This document shows, piece after piece, positions 22,324 to 33,386 of a stretch of DNA of 33,386 nucleotides (its first letter is position 1; every line of letters begins with the position of its first letter). A program made the position numbers and the translations under genes. The notes beneath the pieces were generated by a model. It did not search any database. It was given only the letters and a program-made list of their open reading frames with translations, and was not told the DNA's origin. This DNA is from Toensbergia leucococca (lineage: Eukaryota): positions 62,001 to 95,386 of the forward strand of contig JALDZS010000084.1 in the NCBI GenBank assembly GCA_022813965.1. The letters run 5' to 3'.

Positions 22324-24493
22324 AATGTGGAAATGGTTTTTGGAATCCGAGAGGTGGGTTTTTTGGGGGAGTTTTCTGTGACGGGGGATTGGATGTAGGT
22401 GTGGCGTTTTTTCTGAAGAGATCTTGCGCTAGAACTGGAGACGACTGCAGAAAAAAGAAGAGGGATTTGATTGCTCGGAATTGTCAGTTTGATCCGAGTG
22501 CACATTGACCTTGCAAGCTGAGAGCAGAGCAGGAGAGGGTTTAGGGGGCTGCGTAACACTTCACGCGTACACAAAACGAGTTGACGGAGTTCACGGCTTT
22601 TTCTCTGGAAGACTTTTCTCCAGATTCCCGAGATTCTGCAATTAGGATGATATGACCACATGTTCCTGATTCCCTAGTATGAGTGTAGCCAGCTAGCTCT
22701 GCTGGCCTATCCCCTACTCGTAGGAACGAAGCAAGACATGGTGTTTCATATTTGAACAGGCGGATGGCTAATACTTCATGCCTGAGAAATTGAACTCAGT
22801 GAACAAGACCATGGCTTGCCCCAAATATACTCTCCTCAGAAGTCAACACCCTGGCTCGAGAAGGATTTGGCTGACTATGACTGACTCTTCATAACAACAC
22901 ACGGGCGTTCGAGCTTTCTCCGGATCATAGTACCTGACCAGCCAGTATGAGATGCCTCAGAGATTTTTGTTCTCGAATCTAGTAGGAACAGAAACATGAC
23001 TCTCCCGCCATCCTTGTTGTGTTGTACCTAATTCGAATCTTTCCCTTTCTTCGTAGCTAGCTAGACGTTAGTTACTGAGATAGTGATTGCTTGCAATCCA
23101 AGACTTTTCTGTAAATACATACTTTTGCAGGTCGGATAACACTTCGCTAGCAGCTCACTGGTGTGAAATTTGCACACATACGCATCTCCAACATCAAGAT
23201 CCGAAGGGCAAGCAGTACTGCACTCGGGATATCAATTCCAGGTCTTGGATGGAGGTAGATGGAACGGGGTTTGATTTGTCCTTGAGAGACGCGGGGTATG
23301 ATGAGTCTCTACCGCTGTTAGGAAAAGGGGGTGTTGTGGATTGCAACAACAACACAACATAGTCCCAAAACCTAGACTTTCCAGATTCAAGTACAAGGAT
23401 ACAAAGAAGATGCGACCGGGCATAATTCAGCATAATTCTTTCATCCACAACGTGAAATGTTCTCTGAGGACTAGATATCCTCCAGAACAGCTGTAGACTT
23501 CAGATAACCTGAGCATGAATAGTAGATACCTTCTCAAGACTATCAAATCTCGTACCGCCGACAAGGTAGTCTAATTCAAGTACTCAGATATAATAGAACT
23601 GAAAGAAGTAGGCTCCCAGAAGTTGTGAAAGGGGTCTTCATGATCCCACTGGCAAAGCACCATTAGCGAAAACTCGGTTATGGACGCCGCCTTCAATATC
23701 CAGCCTCCATGCTAACACTCACTTCCTTTACCAAATAAGTGCATGATAAGAGTAGTCAAGACAATAAAATAACTGCATTGCATCCATACTCATTTACAGA
23801 AGTATACATTGTGAAGACCATCAACACACAGGAACAAGACAAGTAGTAAGTACAAGATAGCCCAGGCAAAGACAGAAGAGCACTAAACGATCAACCAGGT
23901 CAAAATGGACTCGCAGTCTACAAATCGTGAGAAAGCCTGAGCCCCTGATATGAAACAACAGACATCACTAACGTGCACAACAAGAGCAAGCACCGAGCGA
24001 CCAAGGCAAGTCTTCTATAACATAAATTAACTCTCAGAAATCCCTGGAGTCTTTACTCAGATATCAATTCAGTCCCGCCGAAGAACAGAGACTGACACAG
24101 ACACAGACATCCAAGAAATATGGCATTCATACTCACCTATTCTGGATAGGGGAACAAAAGCAGAAGATGAAGAAGGTAGAGAATATCCCATCCTTACGAC
24201 ACTCATAAGAGAGACTGTTGCATCAGGTGATCGCCACTGACTGAAAGCATAAAAGATATAGGTAGACAACTTCTGTGCACAAACAGTCTCACAAGACTTA
24301 CCGTTATTACGAAGAAGGCTGACTTAGACTCAACGGTAAAGGGGTTGCGGTGTCCCCTAGCATCGCACACCCTTTGTTTACTCGCTCATCGAGCGGTTTT
24401 CCACAACGTTCCTCATCGCTTAACCTCCTCAATTCACCACGATTTCGAGACCATCGTGCCACCAATTCCGTCAATCTTGAAGGCCCGCCGAAG

Positions 24494-26720
24494 ATGGCCT
24501 TCACCATACCAAGAAAACCTGTGGGCTCCTCGCCAAGGAGCCCACAGGTTCCAAATTTCAGCGGCCGCAATCTCCCGACTGGCCGGGCGAGTCAATCGCC
24601 AAGAAGCCCGGCCAGTCGGGAGAAGAAGAAGGTCACATTCGCTGACCTTCCCTTGCGAGGTAAGCTTTCGTTTCAAACAATCTCTGTGATGAATCGCAAA
24701 ATGAATCAACAATGATGAATTCAGTGCTAATTTTTTCTTTCTAGGTGAATCGCCTCCCAAGACACCTACGAAAGCTTCGAAGAGTGGACGTAGCACGGAG
24801 GGCATGATCCCTCAACCAACACTCGACCTCAATCCGGCAACTCAGCGGAAGAGAAAAGACAATTCCTCTGACGATAGCGACAACATTGTCCTTGAACCGG
24901 GGCGTGAGATGGTATCGGCGAGGTTGAATGCTCCTAATGATACTATGGCAAAGAAAACCAGCCCCATGAACAATCCTTTTGCAAGCATGGGTATGATTCA
25001 ACGCATGAAGGCGAGACGAGCAGCGAAGAATACCGAATATCTCAGTGATACTACGGCAAAGAACGCTGGTTCTATGAGCGATCCTTACGCAGGCATGAGT
25101 ATGGTTGAACGCATGGAAGCGAAATTAGCAGCGAAGAAAGCCGAAGCTCTCAGTGATTCTCTGGCAAAGAGCATTAGGTCTACCAGCAATCCTTACGCAG
25201 GTATGAGCATGGTTGAACCGATCGAGGTAAAGCTAGCAGCGAAGAAAGCCGAGAATCTTAGTGATCCTATGGCAAAGAATATTAGGTCTACTGGCAATCC
25301 TCACGCAGGTATGAGCATGATTGAACCTATCGAGGCAAAGCTAGCAGCGAAGAAAGGCGAGAATCTTAGTGGCCCTAAGGCAAAGAATGCGGAGCCTGCC
25401 AACGATCCTGACACTGAAATGGGCATAATTGAACGCATGGAGACGCAATTAGCAGAGAAGAAGGCTGAGGTTGAACGCATGGAGGTGAAGCTAGCAGAGA
25501 AGAAAGCTGAGAATCTTCGTGCTCCTATGGCAGGAAACGCCGGGCCTACGATCGATCCTTACGCTGGTATGAGCATGATGGAACGCATGGAGGCGATGAT
25601 GGAAGAGAAGAAGGCCGAGAATCTTGGACGCCATATGGCAGCAGACGACAAGCCTGTTAGAGACCCCTTTAGCGATCTGAAAGACGTTCAACACAAACGT
25701 GATATTAAAGATAAGAAGGAGGCAGACATCCTCGCAAGAATGCACAACGACCTGGCTCGTATTAATGCTCGTAGTCAGATCCCTGGCATCGGCCCATTAC
25801 TTCCACATATGCCTCTAGGTTCCCATAAAATCACTGAAGATGAGAGGGAATACGTTAGACGACTCCGAGAAAAGAATGGTCTCGAGCCTGGATACGAGGA
25901 GCGTCAGAGCCCCGAGGAAAAGGAGCGTCGAGATCGTGCTGTTGCACGGCAAGAGTTGATATATGCAGAGCACGCCAGACTCCTCGAAGCGAGGAACCGT
26001 CGAAATCGTGAGATTGATGAGCGTGAAGAAAAGGAGCGTCAGGAGCGTGATGCTGCTCAACAGGAGTTGATAAATGAAGAGAACGCCAGAAATATCGCAG
26101 ATTTGAATCGTCGAAACCGTGAGATTGATGAGCTTAGGGCGAACGAGCGTAGGGCTGTCCGGCAGGTTGTGTCATACCCAGATCTACCACGCTCGTCGAG
26201 TCTTGCGAACGTGAGCATTGTCGAGGGTGGGTCCTCGACTAATTATCGAGACGGAAATCGGGGACGAATTGGTCGTAACGTGGTTTCAACAGAGGGTCAT
26301 GCTTCTACCGTCGCTACTGCCGGTCCAAGTCGTCATCGTTTGGAAGAATATCTCCCGGAACTGGACGATGGCCAGATTCAAGAAGGACTTCCTACTCGTA
26401 CTCAACATCGTGGTGATAGTCAGGAAGGCGCCAAAAAAGGCTTCGTTAGCCCATTACGCTCACTCAAGAACGGAGCTCATGCCAGCAAGCAATGGCTCAA
26501 GAAAACATTCCGTTCCCAGAAGAAGAATGCAGACCGTTCCGAGAGTCGTTCCCCAACGCACGATGACAATAGTAGCCCGACAATGCCCCGGTTCCCTGAG
26601 ATAAGCAACACCGGCACCGGCACCGGCATCTTTCGTCGTATGAGCCTTCAGGAGCATCGACCAGTCTACACCCCTGGACCAATCACTCATCGTGGTCTTA
26701 TGGAGGATTATTCTCCTTAG
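24494..26720 (+). CDS. Unrecognised tandem-repeat / coiled-coil protein, about 713 aa
   Basis: Exon 1 24494-24659 (MAFTIPRKPVG...KKVTFADLPLR), intron 24660-24744 (GTAAGC...GCTAAT...CTAG), exon 2 24745-26720 in frame with the 638-aa ORF; 2142 nt in total. No known domain recognised. Confidence 0.8.
24945..25670 (+). repeat. Coding minisatellite: 108-bp (36-aa) unit x6 plus a partial seventh, with an internal 42-bp duplication
   Basis: Units start at 24945, 25053, 25161, 25269, 25377, 25527 and 25635 (partial). Consensus about MAKNxxSxxDPYAGMSMVERMEAKLAAKKAENLSDP. ATCCTTACGCAGG recurs at 25081 and 25189, 108 bp apart. Confidence 0.95.
25914..26135 (+). repeat. Coding duplication: 111-bp (37-aa) unit x2
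   Basis: EEKERRDRAVARQELIYAEHARLLEARNRRNREIDER / EEKERQERDAAQQELINEENARNIADLNRRNREIDEL, starting at 25914 and 26025. Confidence 0.9.
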
Positions 26721-27483
26721 CTTTCAGCTCCACAAGTGAGTTCTAAATTTGGGACGAAAGCATTTTCCAGATACTAAATCAATGGTCTAGTAAATACTTC
26801 ACTGAGCTTTGGCTTGTCATGGTTCATGGCTTGATCTTTTGGAGTGCTTTGTTAGTTCATTGTTAGGTCGAGTAGGGTGGCGGAGAGTCATTCCAGTATC
26901 AGACGATGTACTGTACTTTGCTACCATTAAAACAAGTCCTCTGACATACTTGGACTAAAATACTGTCAAAGGAGGCATCTTTGGATGGGGCATACGATTG
27001 CTCATTCTATTCGATGTAGTACGACTGGCGTATGGTTCAGGATTCAGGCGGGTCATTCTCAGCGAAAATCATTTCAAGCTTCTCTTCTCAGATACACGCA
27101 GGTTGTTGTACTTTCCAATTGGAATCTCTTTACGGATAATGATCGTTGGTATTTGTCGACAGCGAAAGATTGAAGGATTGTCGTTGGAGAAAAGTCGTCG
27201 GCACTCAGCGTCTTAGTCCGGCACTATTTCGTATTAGGGTTAGCTTAGTTTCTGCACAAGCACCAAGGTGCTCGGGTGCACTCTCGGCTCAAAATATTCG
27301 TGATTTACAGAAACACGCGCCGTACAGACGCACTACCACTTCAATAAGGTGAAAATGTACTGATACTGCTATGGTCTTGCACTCTGATATTTCCAAGCTT
27401 CAACAAGAACACATCTAGAATTCCTTACTCAGCAAAATTCCTAAATTTATCGCAACCTCGGCCAAGTTCACCCAACGGCCAGC

Positions 27484-29327
27484 ATGCAGGCCCCAGTGGT
27501 AGTTATGAGTACGTGCTGTCAAATAAGAGTAACATGACTACAACAACTGACCCCCTGTAGACACTCAGTCTGGTGATAGACAAGTAGGCCGTAAAGCTCA
27601 GCTCTCTAACATCACCGCTGCAAAAACGTAAGAATCATCTACAATATCATGCAGAGGATAGAAAACTCTGACAGTCCCAATAAAGTGTAGCAGACATAAT
27701 CCGATCATGTCTAGGCCCCAAAGCCATGCTCAAAATGCTCCTAGACCCCATGGGCGGTATCGTCCTCACCAACGATGGCCATGCCATCCTCCGAGAAATC
27801 GAGGTAGCACATCCCGCCGCAAAGAGCATGATTGAGTTGAGTCGAACACAAGACGAGGAAGTAGGTGACGGCACAACAACCGTGATAATATTAGGTCAGA
27901 TCTAAGAACAACAAAGAGACCTTCTCAGCTGATTCTTCTCTAGCCGGTGAAATCCTCGCCCAAGCACTCCCACAGCTAGAACGCAACATACACCCTGTCG
28001 TGATAATCTCCGCCTTCAAACGCGCCCTAGCAGACGCTCTGCAAATCGTCGAAGAAATCTCCCTCCCCGTGAACATCAACGACGACAAAGCAATGTACAG
28101 CCTTATCTCCTCCTCTATTGGCACAAAATTCGTCTCTAGATGGTCAGAACTAATGTGCAACCTGGCCCTTAAAGCCGTCCGGACCGTCTCCCACGACATC
28201 GGCGGCGGGAAAAAAGAAGTCGATATTAAACGCTACGCCCGCGTCGAGAAGATCCCAGGGGGAGAAATAGAAGACAGTAAAGTGCTCGACGGCGTGATGC
28301 TCAACAAAGACATCACGCACCCGAAAATGCGCCGGCGCATCACCAACCCGCGCATCATCCTCCTCGACTGCCCCCTCGAATACAAAAAGGGCGAATCGCA
28401 AACCAACATCGAAATCAGCAAAGAAGATGACTGGAACCGCATCCTGCAAATCGAAGAAGAGCAAGTAAAGCACATGTGCGACAGCATCCTAGCCCTCAAA
28501 CCCGACCTCGTCATTACCGAAAAGGGCGTCTCAGACCTCGCCCAGCACTTCCTCGTCAAACACAACGTCACCGCCCTTCGCCGCGTCCGCAAAACAGACA
28601 ACAACCGCATCGCCCGCGCCACCGGAGCCACCATCGTCAACCGGGTCGACGACCTGCAAGAATCCGACGTGGGCACCCAGTGCGGCCTCTTCGAGATCGA
28701 GAAAATCGGCGACGAATACTTCACCTTCATCACCCACTGCAAAATCCCAAAAGCATGCACCATCCTGCTGCGCGGGCCCTCCAAAGACATCCTCAACGAA
28801 ATCGAACGCAACCTTCAAGACGCCATGTCCGTCGCCCGAAACGTCATGTTCCACCCGCGGCTGTCGCCCGGGGGCGGAGCGACGGAGATGGCGGTGTCCG
28901 TGCGGCTGGCGCAGATGGCCAAGGCAGTCGAGGGCGTGCAGCAGTGGCCGTATAAGGCTGTTGCCGAAGCCATGGAGGTGATCCCGAGAACGCTCATTCA
29001 GAATGCGGGGGAAAAGCCTGTGCGGATGTTGACGCGGCTGCGGGCCAAGCATGCGGAGGGACTGAGTACGTGGGGAATCGACGGCGATAAGGGCGGCTTG
29101 GTGGATATGCGCGAGTATGGAGTCTGGGAACCGGAAGCGGTCAAGTTGCAGAGTATCAAGACTGCTGTGGAGGTGTGTGATTCCTCGTCCGCTCTACGTA
29201 TGAAGATGTATGCTAATATGTTGCGTAGTCTGCTTGTCTGCTACTAAGGGTCGACGACATCTGCAGCGCCAAATCCGCCAAGCAGGCGGGCGGGAACATG
29301 GGGGGAGGGGGAGGGGGAGATGATTAG
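27484..29327 (+). CDS. CCT3: T-complex protein 1 subunit gamma (CCT/TRiC chaperonin), about 542 aa
   Basis: Exons 27484-27508, 27561-27627, 27686-27894, 27944-29172 and 29229-29327 (1629 nt). [69 protein letters not shown] and LLRVDDI. Confidence 0.97.
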
Positions 29328-29504
29328 ACTTTGAATGGATGATTTCAGCTATTGTACCAAAAGCGCATATCCAGCGATAGAAAACAGGGTATATCTAAAG
29401 CATTCTTGCGGAAATTAAGCAACGTCGTTGTGCGACTGAAAGACACCTACCAGCTCCGTCTCTTGCGTCCCTAGCTCCAATCTCAAATGCTCTTCAAGTT
29501 CATC

Positions 29505-30924
29505 TCAAGCAGGTTTCCTAAAAGCCTCCTCATCCTCATAATGGCCCTCCATAGTCCTACCCTCATCATCATCAACATCGCTCTGATCCCCCAACGCATC
29601 AGCCCTCGTACCCGACCTCATCCCTTCACTCTCCAAAGCCCCATGCAACGCCATTGCCATACTAGTTTTCAGCGGCTTGACCATTCTCTTCTTCCCCACA
29701 CCGTCATCCCCAATGCCCATCTTCTTCTCCTCCTCGTCTGACGAGCCGGATCGACTGACATCGCCGGAGCGGGAGCCGCCAAAGTCGCGGCCCCCTTTCA
29801 GGATGGCGAGGCGGTTTGGGGAAAGGAGGCGGTTTCTTTCGCTTCGGGGACTGCTTGGACTGGGAAGGTCGTTGTCTTCTGTGCCTAGCGACTCGTCGTC
29901 TTGCTCATCCTCAGCTTCGTCATCGTCCATGAACAAATCAGCTGTGTTTTGCCGCCTGGGTCGCCGAGTCGGCCCATCTCCATCTACACACCCCACCCAT
30001 TTCTTCCTCACCGGGACAGGCGACTGCGGTGCCGCCGCCGCAGCCTCCTCCTTGTCCTTTTTCAGCTGCGACCAGGTCCGCAATTGGTTCTGCAGGATAT
30101 ATTTCCCGTTGTCGGCATTTTGCTTCATGACCACAAACTCGCAATGATTCATATTGCGCAAATCCTCAAAATATTCGACGCTGAAGTGATACCACTTCAT
30201 GAGAAACACTCGCGTCATCAGCCCATGCGTCACCAGCACGCAAACGCTCGCGAAATCATCTTCGCCAAAGGACCGCCACATCGACTCGTTGAAGCCGCTG
30301 ACGCGATCATACGCATCGGCCGCAGATTCGCCGTTGGGGATCCGGTAGAAAAAGTGGCCGTAATCGGCGCGCTCTTGCCACATGCGGGACATTTCGTCTG
30401 AGGAGGGTTGGAAGTTGCCAAAATCTTGTTCCCGCAGGCGGGGCTCTTCGTAGACTTTTATGGTGTGCCGGGGAAAGGGAGAGGGGGTTGGAGTGGAGGA
30501 GGTGAGGGATTTGAGGATGCCTTCTGTTGTTTCGCGGGTGCGGCGGTAGGGGGAGGTGAAGAAGTGGAGGGTGTCGTCTGGGCGGAGGAGGGAGCGAAGT
30601 TTCAGTCCGGCTTCTTCGGCCTGGGTGGATTGGGATGTTAAAGAAGTAAGAATTTTGGGGGGTAAGCGGGGGGGTGGCGAACCTGCTTCCATCCTTCTGG
30701 AGTGAGCTGGACTCGATGGTCTGGAATTTTTTGGTGGATGTCTCGGTTTTCTGGAATGGTCAGCTTAGTAGGCTGTGCGTTGAGCGAGGTGGATAGAGAC
30801 CATCGTCTTCAACGTACTATTGCCTTCTGATTGAGCGTGACGGATCAAGATGATCATCTGAAGCGCAGATATCAGTGCCTCTGTGTTTCAAGATTATGTA
30901 TGTACATACCCTTGGCTTGCCCAT
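29505..30924 (-). CDS. DET1: Histidine phosphatase / phosphoglycerate mutase family protein, Det1-like, about 412 aa
   Basis: Exons 30924-30910, 30857-30818, 30750-30683 and 30620-29505 (1239 nt). MGKPRMIILIRHAQSEGN, FFTSPYRRTRET, EEPRLREQDFGNFQ, GESAADAYDRVS and LVTHG; acidic low-complexity C-tail. Orthology to yeast DET1 is inferred from motifs only. Confidence 0.88.
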
Positions 30925-31338
30925 GTTTAGAGAAGCTGTGGGACCCAATGACCTGATTCAAGGTGATACCAAACGAGGGGCGAGATGTAAGGGGAATACA
31001 GGGGTGAAAAGTGAAGCGGCCGAGATCAATCAGATGATAGACATCTTAACACTTGCTTAATCTCTTGTAAATGGCAAGGCTGAGTGTCTGGAAACAATTG
31101 AAGTACGTCACGAGACTGGTGGTGTTTGTTTTCCGGGGTCTCACTTTCTTTAATTCACTTCACTTCGGCCTATTAGCAACACCACAAGACGCGTTGAAAG
31201 TCACTAATATACAGTCAGAAATCCATGAAAAGCTTCTCGAAGCATCAGACCTTACTCTAATTCAGACGACGTGGGACCTCTCCCCGCAGCCTTTTTATTC
31301 TCAAACAACACTCTCTCCACACTCCCCCGACTCAAAAA

Positions 31339-31920
31339 ATGTCGGAGCCCGTCCCTGAATCAATTCCAACCTCCATCTCCCGCCCCTCCAATCGCCCCTC
31401 CAAACGCCGCGCCTTAACCCCCACCTCCCAACAAGCCAGCTCGCTTTCCGCCCTCTTCGCCAAACCGCCCCCGCCAGATACCCCACTCCCCACCTCCGCC
31501 CTCAGAAGAAATCAACCAGCGCCCCCGGAAATAGTGGCCAATGTGCAAGGGTCCAGTGCGGGAGCCGGGTCGGGGGAGTTCCATGTGTACAAGGCGAGTC
31601 GGAGGAGGGAGTATGAGAGGGTGAAGGGGATGGACGAGGAGGTGAGAAGGGAGAAAGAGGAGGAAGAGTGGGAGAGGAAGAAGAGAGAGGCGGCTACAAG
31701 AGATGAGGAGAGGACGAGGAGGAAGAGGGAGAGGAGGGATAAGGTGAAGATGAGGAAGGCAGGGACTAAGGAGAGAGTTGTGGATGGGGAGATGGAGGTT
31801 GAGAATGGAAATGGAAATGGGAGCGAGGAAAGACCACAGCCGCAGGTTGTGGAGGATGCTGGGAATGAGGTAACGACTAAAAGTGGGGAGGTGGGAGTCA
31901 TCATTCACGACGATGATTGA
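31339..31920 (+). CDS. PRKRIP1: PRKR-interacting protein 1 / DUF1168 family (spliceosome-associated), 193 aa
   Basis: Signature [33 protein letters not shown] followed by an E/K/R-rich coiled coil. Confidence 0.9.
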   Translation: MSEPVPESIPTSISRPSNRPSKRRALTPTSQQASSLSALFAKPPPPDTPLPTSALRRNQPAPPEIVANVQGSSAGAGSGEFHVYKASRRREYERVKGMDEEVRREKEEEEWERKKREAATRDEERTRRKRERRDKVKMRKAGTKERVVDGEMEVENGNGNGSEERPQPQVVEDAGNEVTTKSGEVGVIIHDDD

Positions 31921-32433
31921 GAGGCTATAGGTGTATCACTATTGGGTTTAACCCAACATACAGGCGTGCAGGGCGTTATGAGCGCATGGGTAGGGTTTGA
32001 TTCTTAATGGTTGCTGTTCTGCTCTGTGGTGGTAGTAGCAAATTCTTGCTGACAGTCACGGAGTGGGTTATCTGGAGGGTGCCTCCATTTAAAGACACGG
32101 GTATGGGCATGAATCAGTCATAGTTGACCAAGTCAAAATCGCCGTATATTGGAAGTTAGTGAGAAATGATTGGAAGGCTCCATTATGTATGTAGAAGGCA
32201 GAGATGTACAACATCTTCTGTCTGGTCAATTGGGTGACGAATTCTTTCACTTCTCCTCGTGGATTATTGCTATATGTCTAGAATCGAAAGATGCTTTCAT
32301 GGCAGTAAGAAAGAATACCAGCATCATCCCAAGAACCGTCCAACCTCCAGTAGTGCGGTGGACTAGGCAATGAGTAATCTCGCCTTTTCTCCTGACGCCA
32401 TGCTATGCGTTTCAAACACTATCATACCCTTCG

Positions 32434-33386
32434 TCATTGATTAAATTGGAGGTTGTCTTCATCATCTTCTAGGCGTTTCTCAAGCCACAACATAGTTCTT
32501 CGAAGCAGAACAAGTGCCCCAGCACTCAGCCGCCGTGAGGTGTCACTCTCCCCATTCGTAGTGTTACTCTGCTCTGCCATTGATGTGGGTATCAAAGCGT
32601 TGGATTCTTCGACGATTCTTCTTAATAGATGCGGCCCAGGCTTCGAAGATAGGTAAAGCCAATCGATGATGTCGTCTATTCCACCCAATCGATGTGTAAA
32701 GGCGGATCTGAGAAAGCCCCTCGCGAGTACGAAAGCCTTTTCTGTGTAAAGAGCAGACGCCACCTTTGAATCTTCGGTATCGATCAGGACGTCAAAGCCA
32801 GCCTCATCTATTTTGACGCATAGTGGTTAGTTTCTTGATAGCAACAGATGTCACTGACATGTGTCATGATCGAAGAGTTATCAGACAATAAAGAAAAAGG
32901 TAGCTGAGATTTTACATCATTGACGGTTGACCTGGTTTAACCGAGTCAAGCGTGCTCGAGCCAAATGCACTCAAGTCATCATTCAACAACAAGTCAAGAA
33001 TAGAGAAACTGCAGCTTACTGTAGTATGGTTCCTTGACCAAAACAAGACCCATCATACTGACAATTATCTGAAGCATGCTTGAGGAATTGGCAGACCAAG
33101 ATTCATTTTGTCTCTCGCCAGGCCAAGTCCCCAGCAAGCTTAGACAAATCTTTCCGTCTTCGTATAGATTCGGATTCTATGAGAAACAGTATTGTTAGAG
33201 AGTTGCAGACTTGCCTCAGTTTGTTCTGGAGACGATCAAATAAGTGAAATTCAGCTTACAACTCTCCCAATGCCATCTGTCCACGAGTGAAAGAACGAGT
33301 CAGGGGGTGACAAAGGAAAATTCGAACCAAACTGAAAGTCTAATACGAATGGAGCAAGCTCGTATGGGGTGTCTCGCGGTCCAATA
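32434..33386 (-). CDS. Ubiquitin-conjugating enzyme of the UBE2O/BIRC6-like class, 3' part; gene begins past the right edge
   Basis: Exons 33386-33260, 33176-33020 and 32807-32434: [28 protein letters not shown]...[21 protein letters not shown] (catalytic Cys intact)...[15 protein letters not shown]. Confidence 0.92.
32877..32987 (-). ncRNA. snR13: Intronic C/D box snoRNA, snR13 homolog (guides 25S rRNA 2'-O-methylation at the yeast A2280/A2281 equivalent)
   Basis: Inside the 212-nt intron 33019-32808. C box ATGATGA (32982-32976), TGAGTGCATTTGGCTCGAG (complementary to 25S AGCCAAAUGC), internal ATGATGT, CTCAGCTACCTTTTT, D box CTGA (32884-32881) and terminal stem GTTG/TAAC. These blocks match S. 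cerevisiae snR13 as I recall it. Confidence 0.88.

Noticed and set aside
22536..22548. GGGTTTAGGGGG as a telomeric repeat or telomerase RNA template
   Set aside because: A single unit in G-rich sequence; no pseudoknot or other telomerase RNA element could be identified.
20715..22661. Long Pro/His/Thr- or Phe/Gly/Val-rich ORFs (20715-21236, 21184-21465, 21667-22206, 22203-22661)
   Set aside because: Artefacts of extreme strand skew and homopolymers that deplete stop codons.
23087..23362. 91-aa ORF with WCEIC (possible zinc finger)
   Set aside because: Non-ATG start, no convincing ligand spacing and no supporting exons.
27647..31908. Long antisense or alternate-frame ORFs over CCT3, DET1 and PRKRIP1
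   Set aside because: Shadows of biased codon usage in the real genes.

Overview
A 33 kb window from a filamentous ascomycete (Pezizomycotina-type) genome with short spliceosomal introns, so most ORF-track entries are exon fragments or antisense shadows. I rebuilt gene models by hand from donor, branch and acceptor signals. Left to right: the 5' end of an aquaporin (XIP-like, -); a non-zinc MDR/quinone oxidoreductase (+) with a GC-AG intron; a full-length cytochrome P450 (-) broken by one in-frame TAG; about 4 kb of possible decayed coding sequence; a Cys-motif hypothetical protein (-); a Zn2Cys6 transcription factor (+); a BTB/POZ pseudogene (+); a tRNA-like relic; a stand-alone 112-aa protein with a predicted ferredoxin-like/I9-like fold (+); a pseudokinase (+); a G/T-rich low-complexity block; a 713-aa protein with Met-rich 36-aa tandem repeats (+); CCT3 (+); a Det1-like histidine phosphatase (-); PRKRIP1/DUF1168 (+); and the 3' end of a UBE2O/BIRC6-type E2 (-) whose last intron hosts a snR13-like C/D box snoRNA. 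Several loci show abrupt switches from C-rich to G-rich sequence. No intact transposon, rRNA or CRISPR array is visible. Family calls rest on recalled motifs, not database searches.
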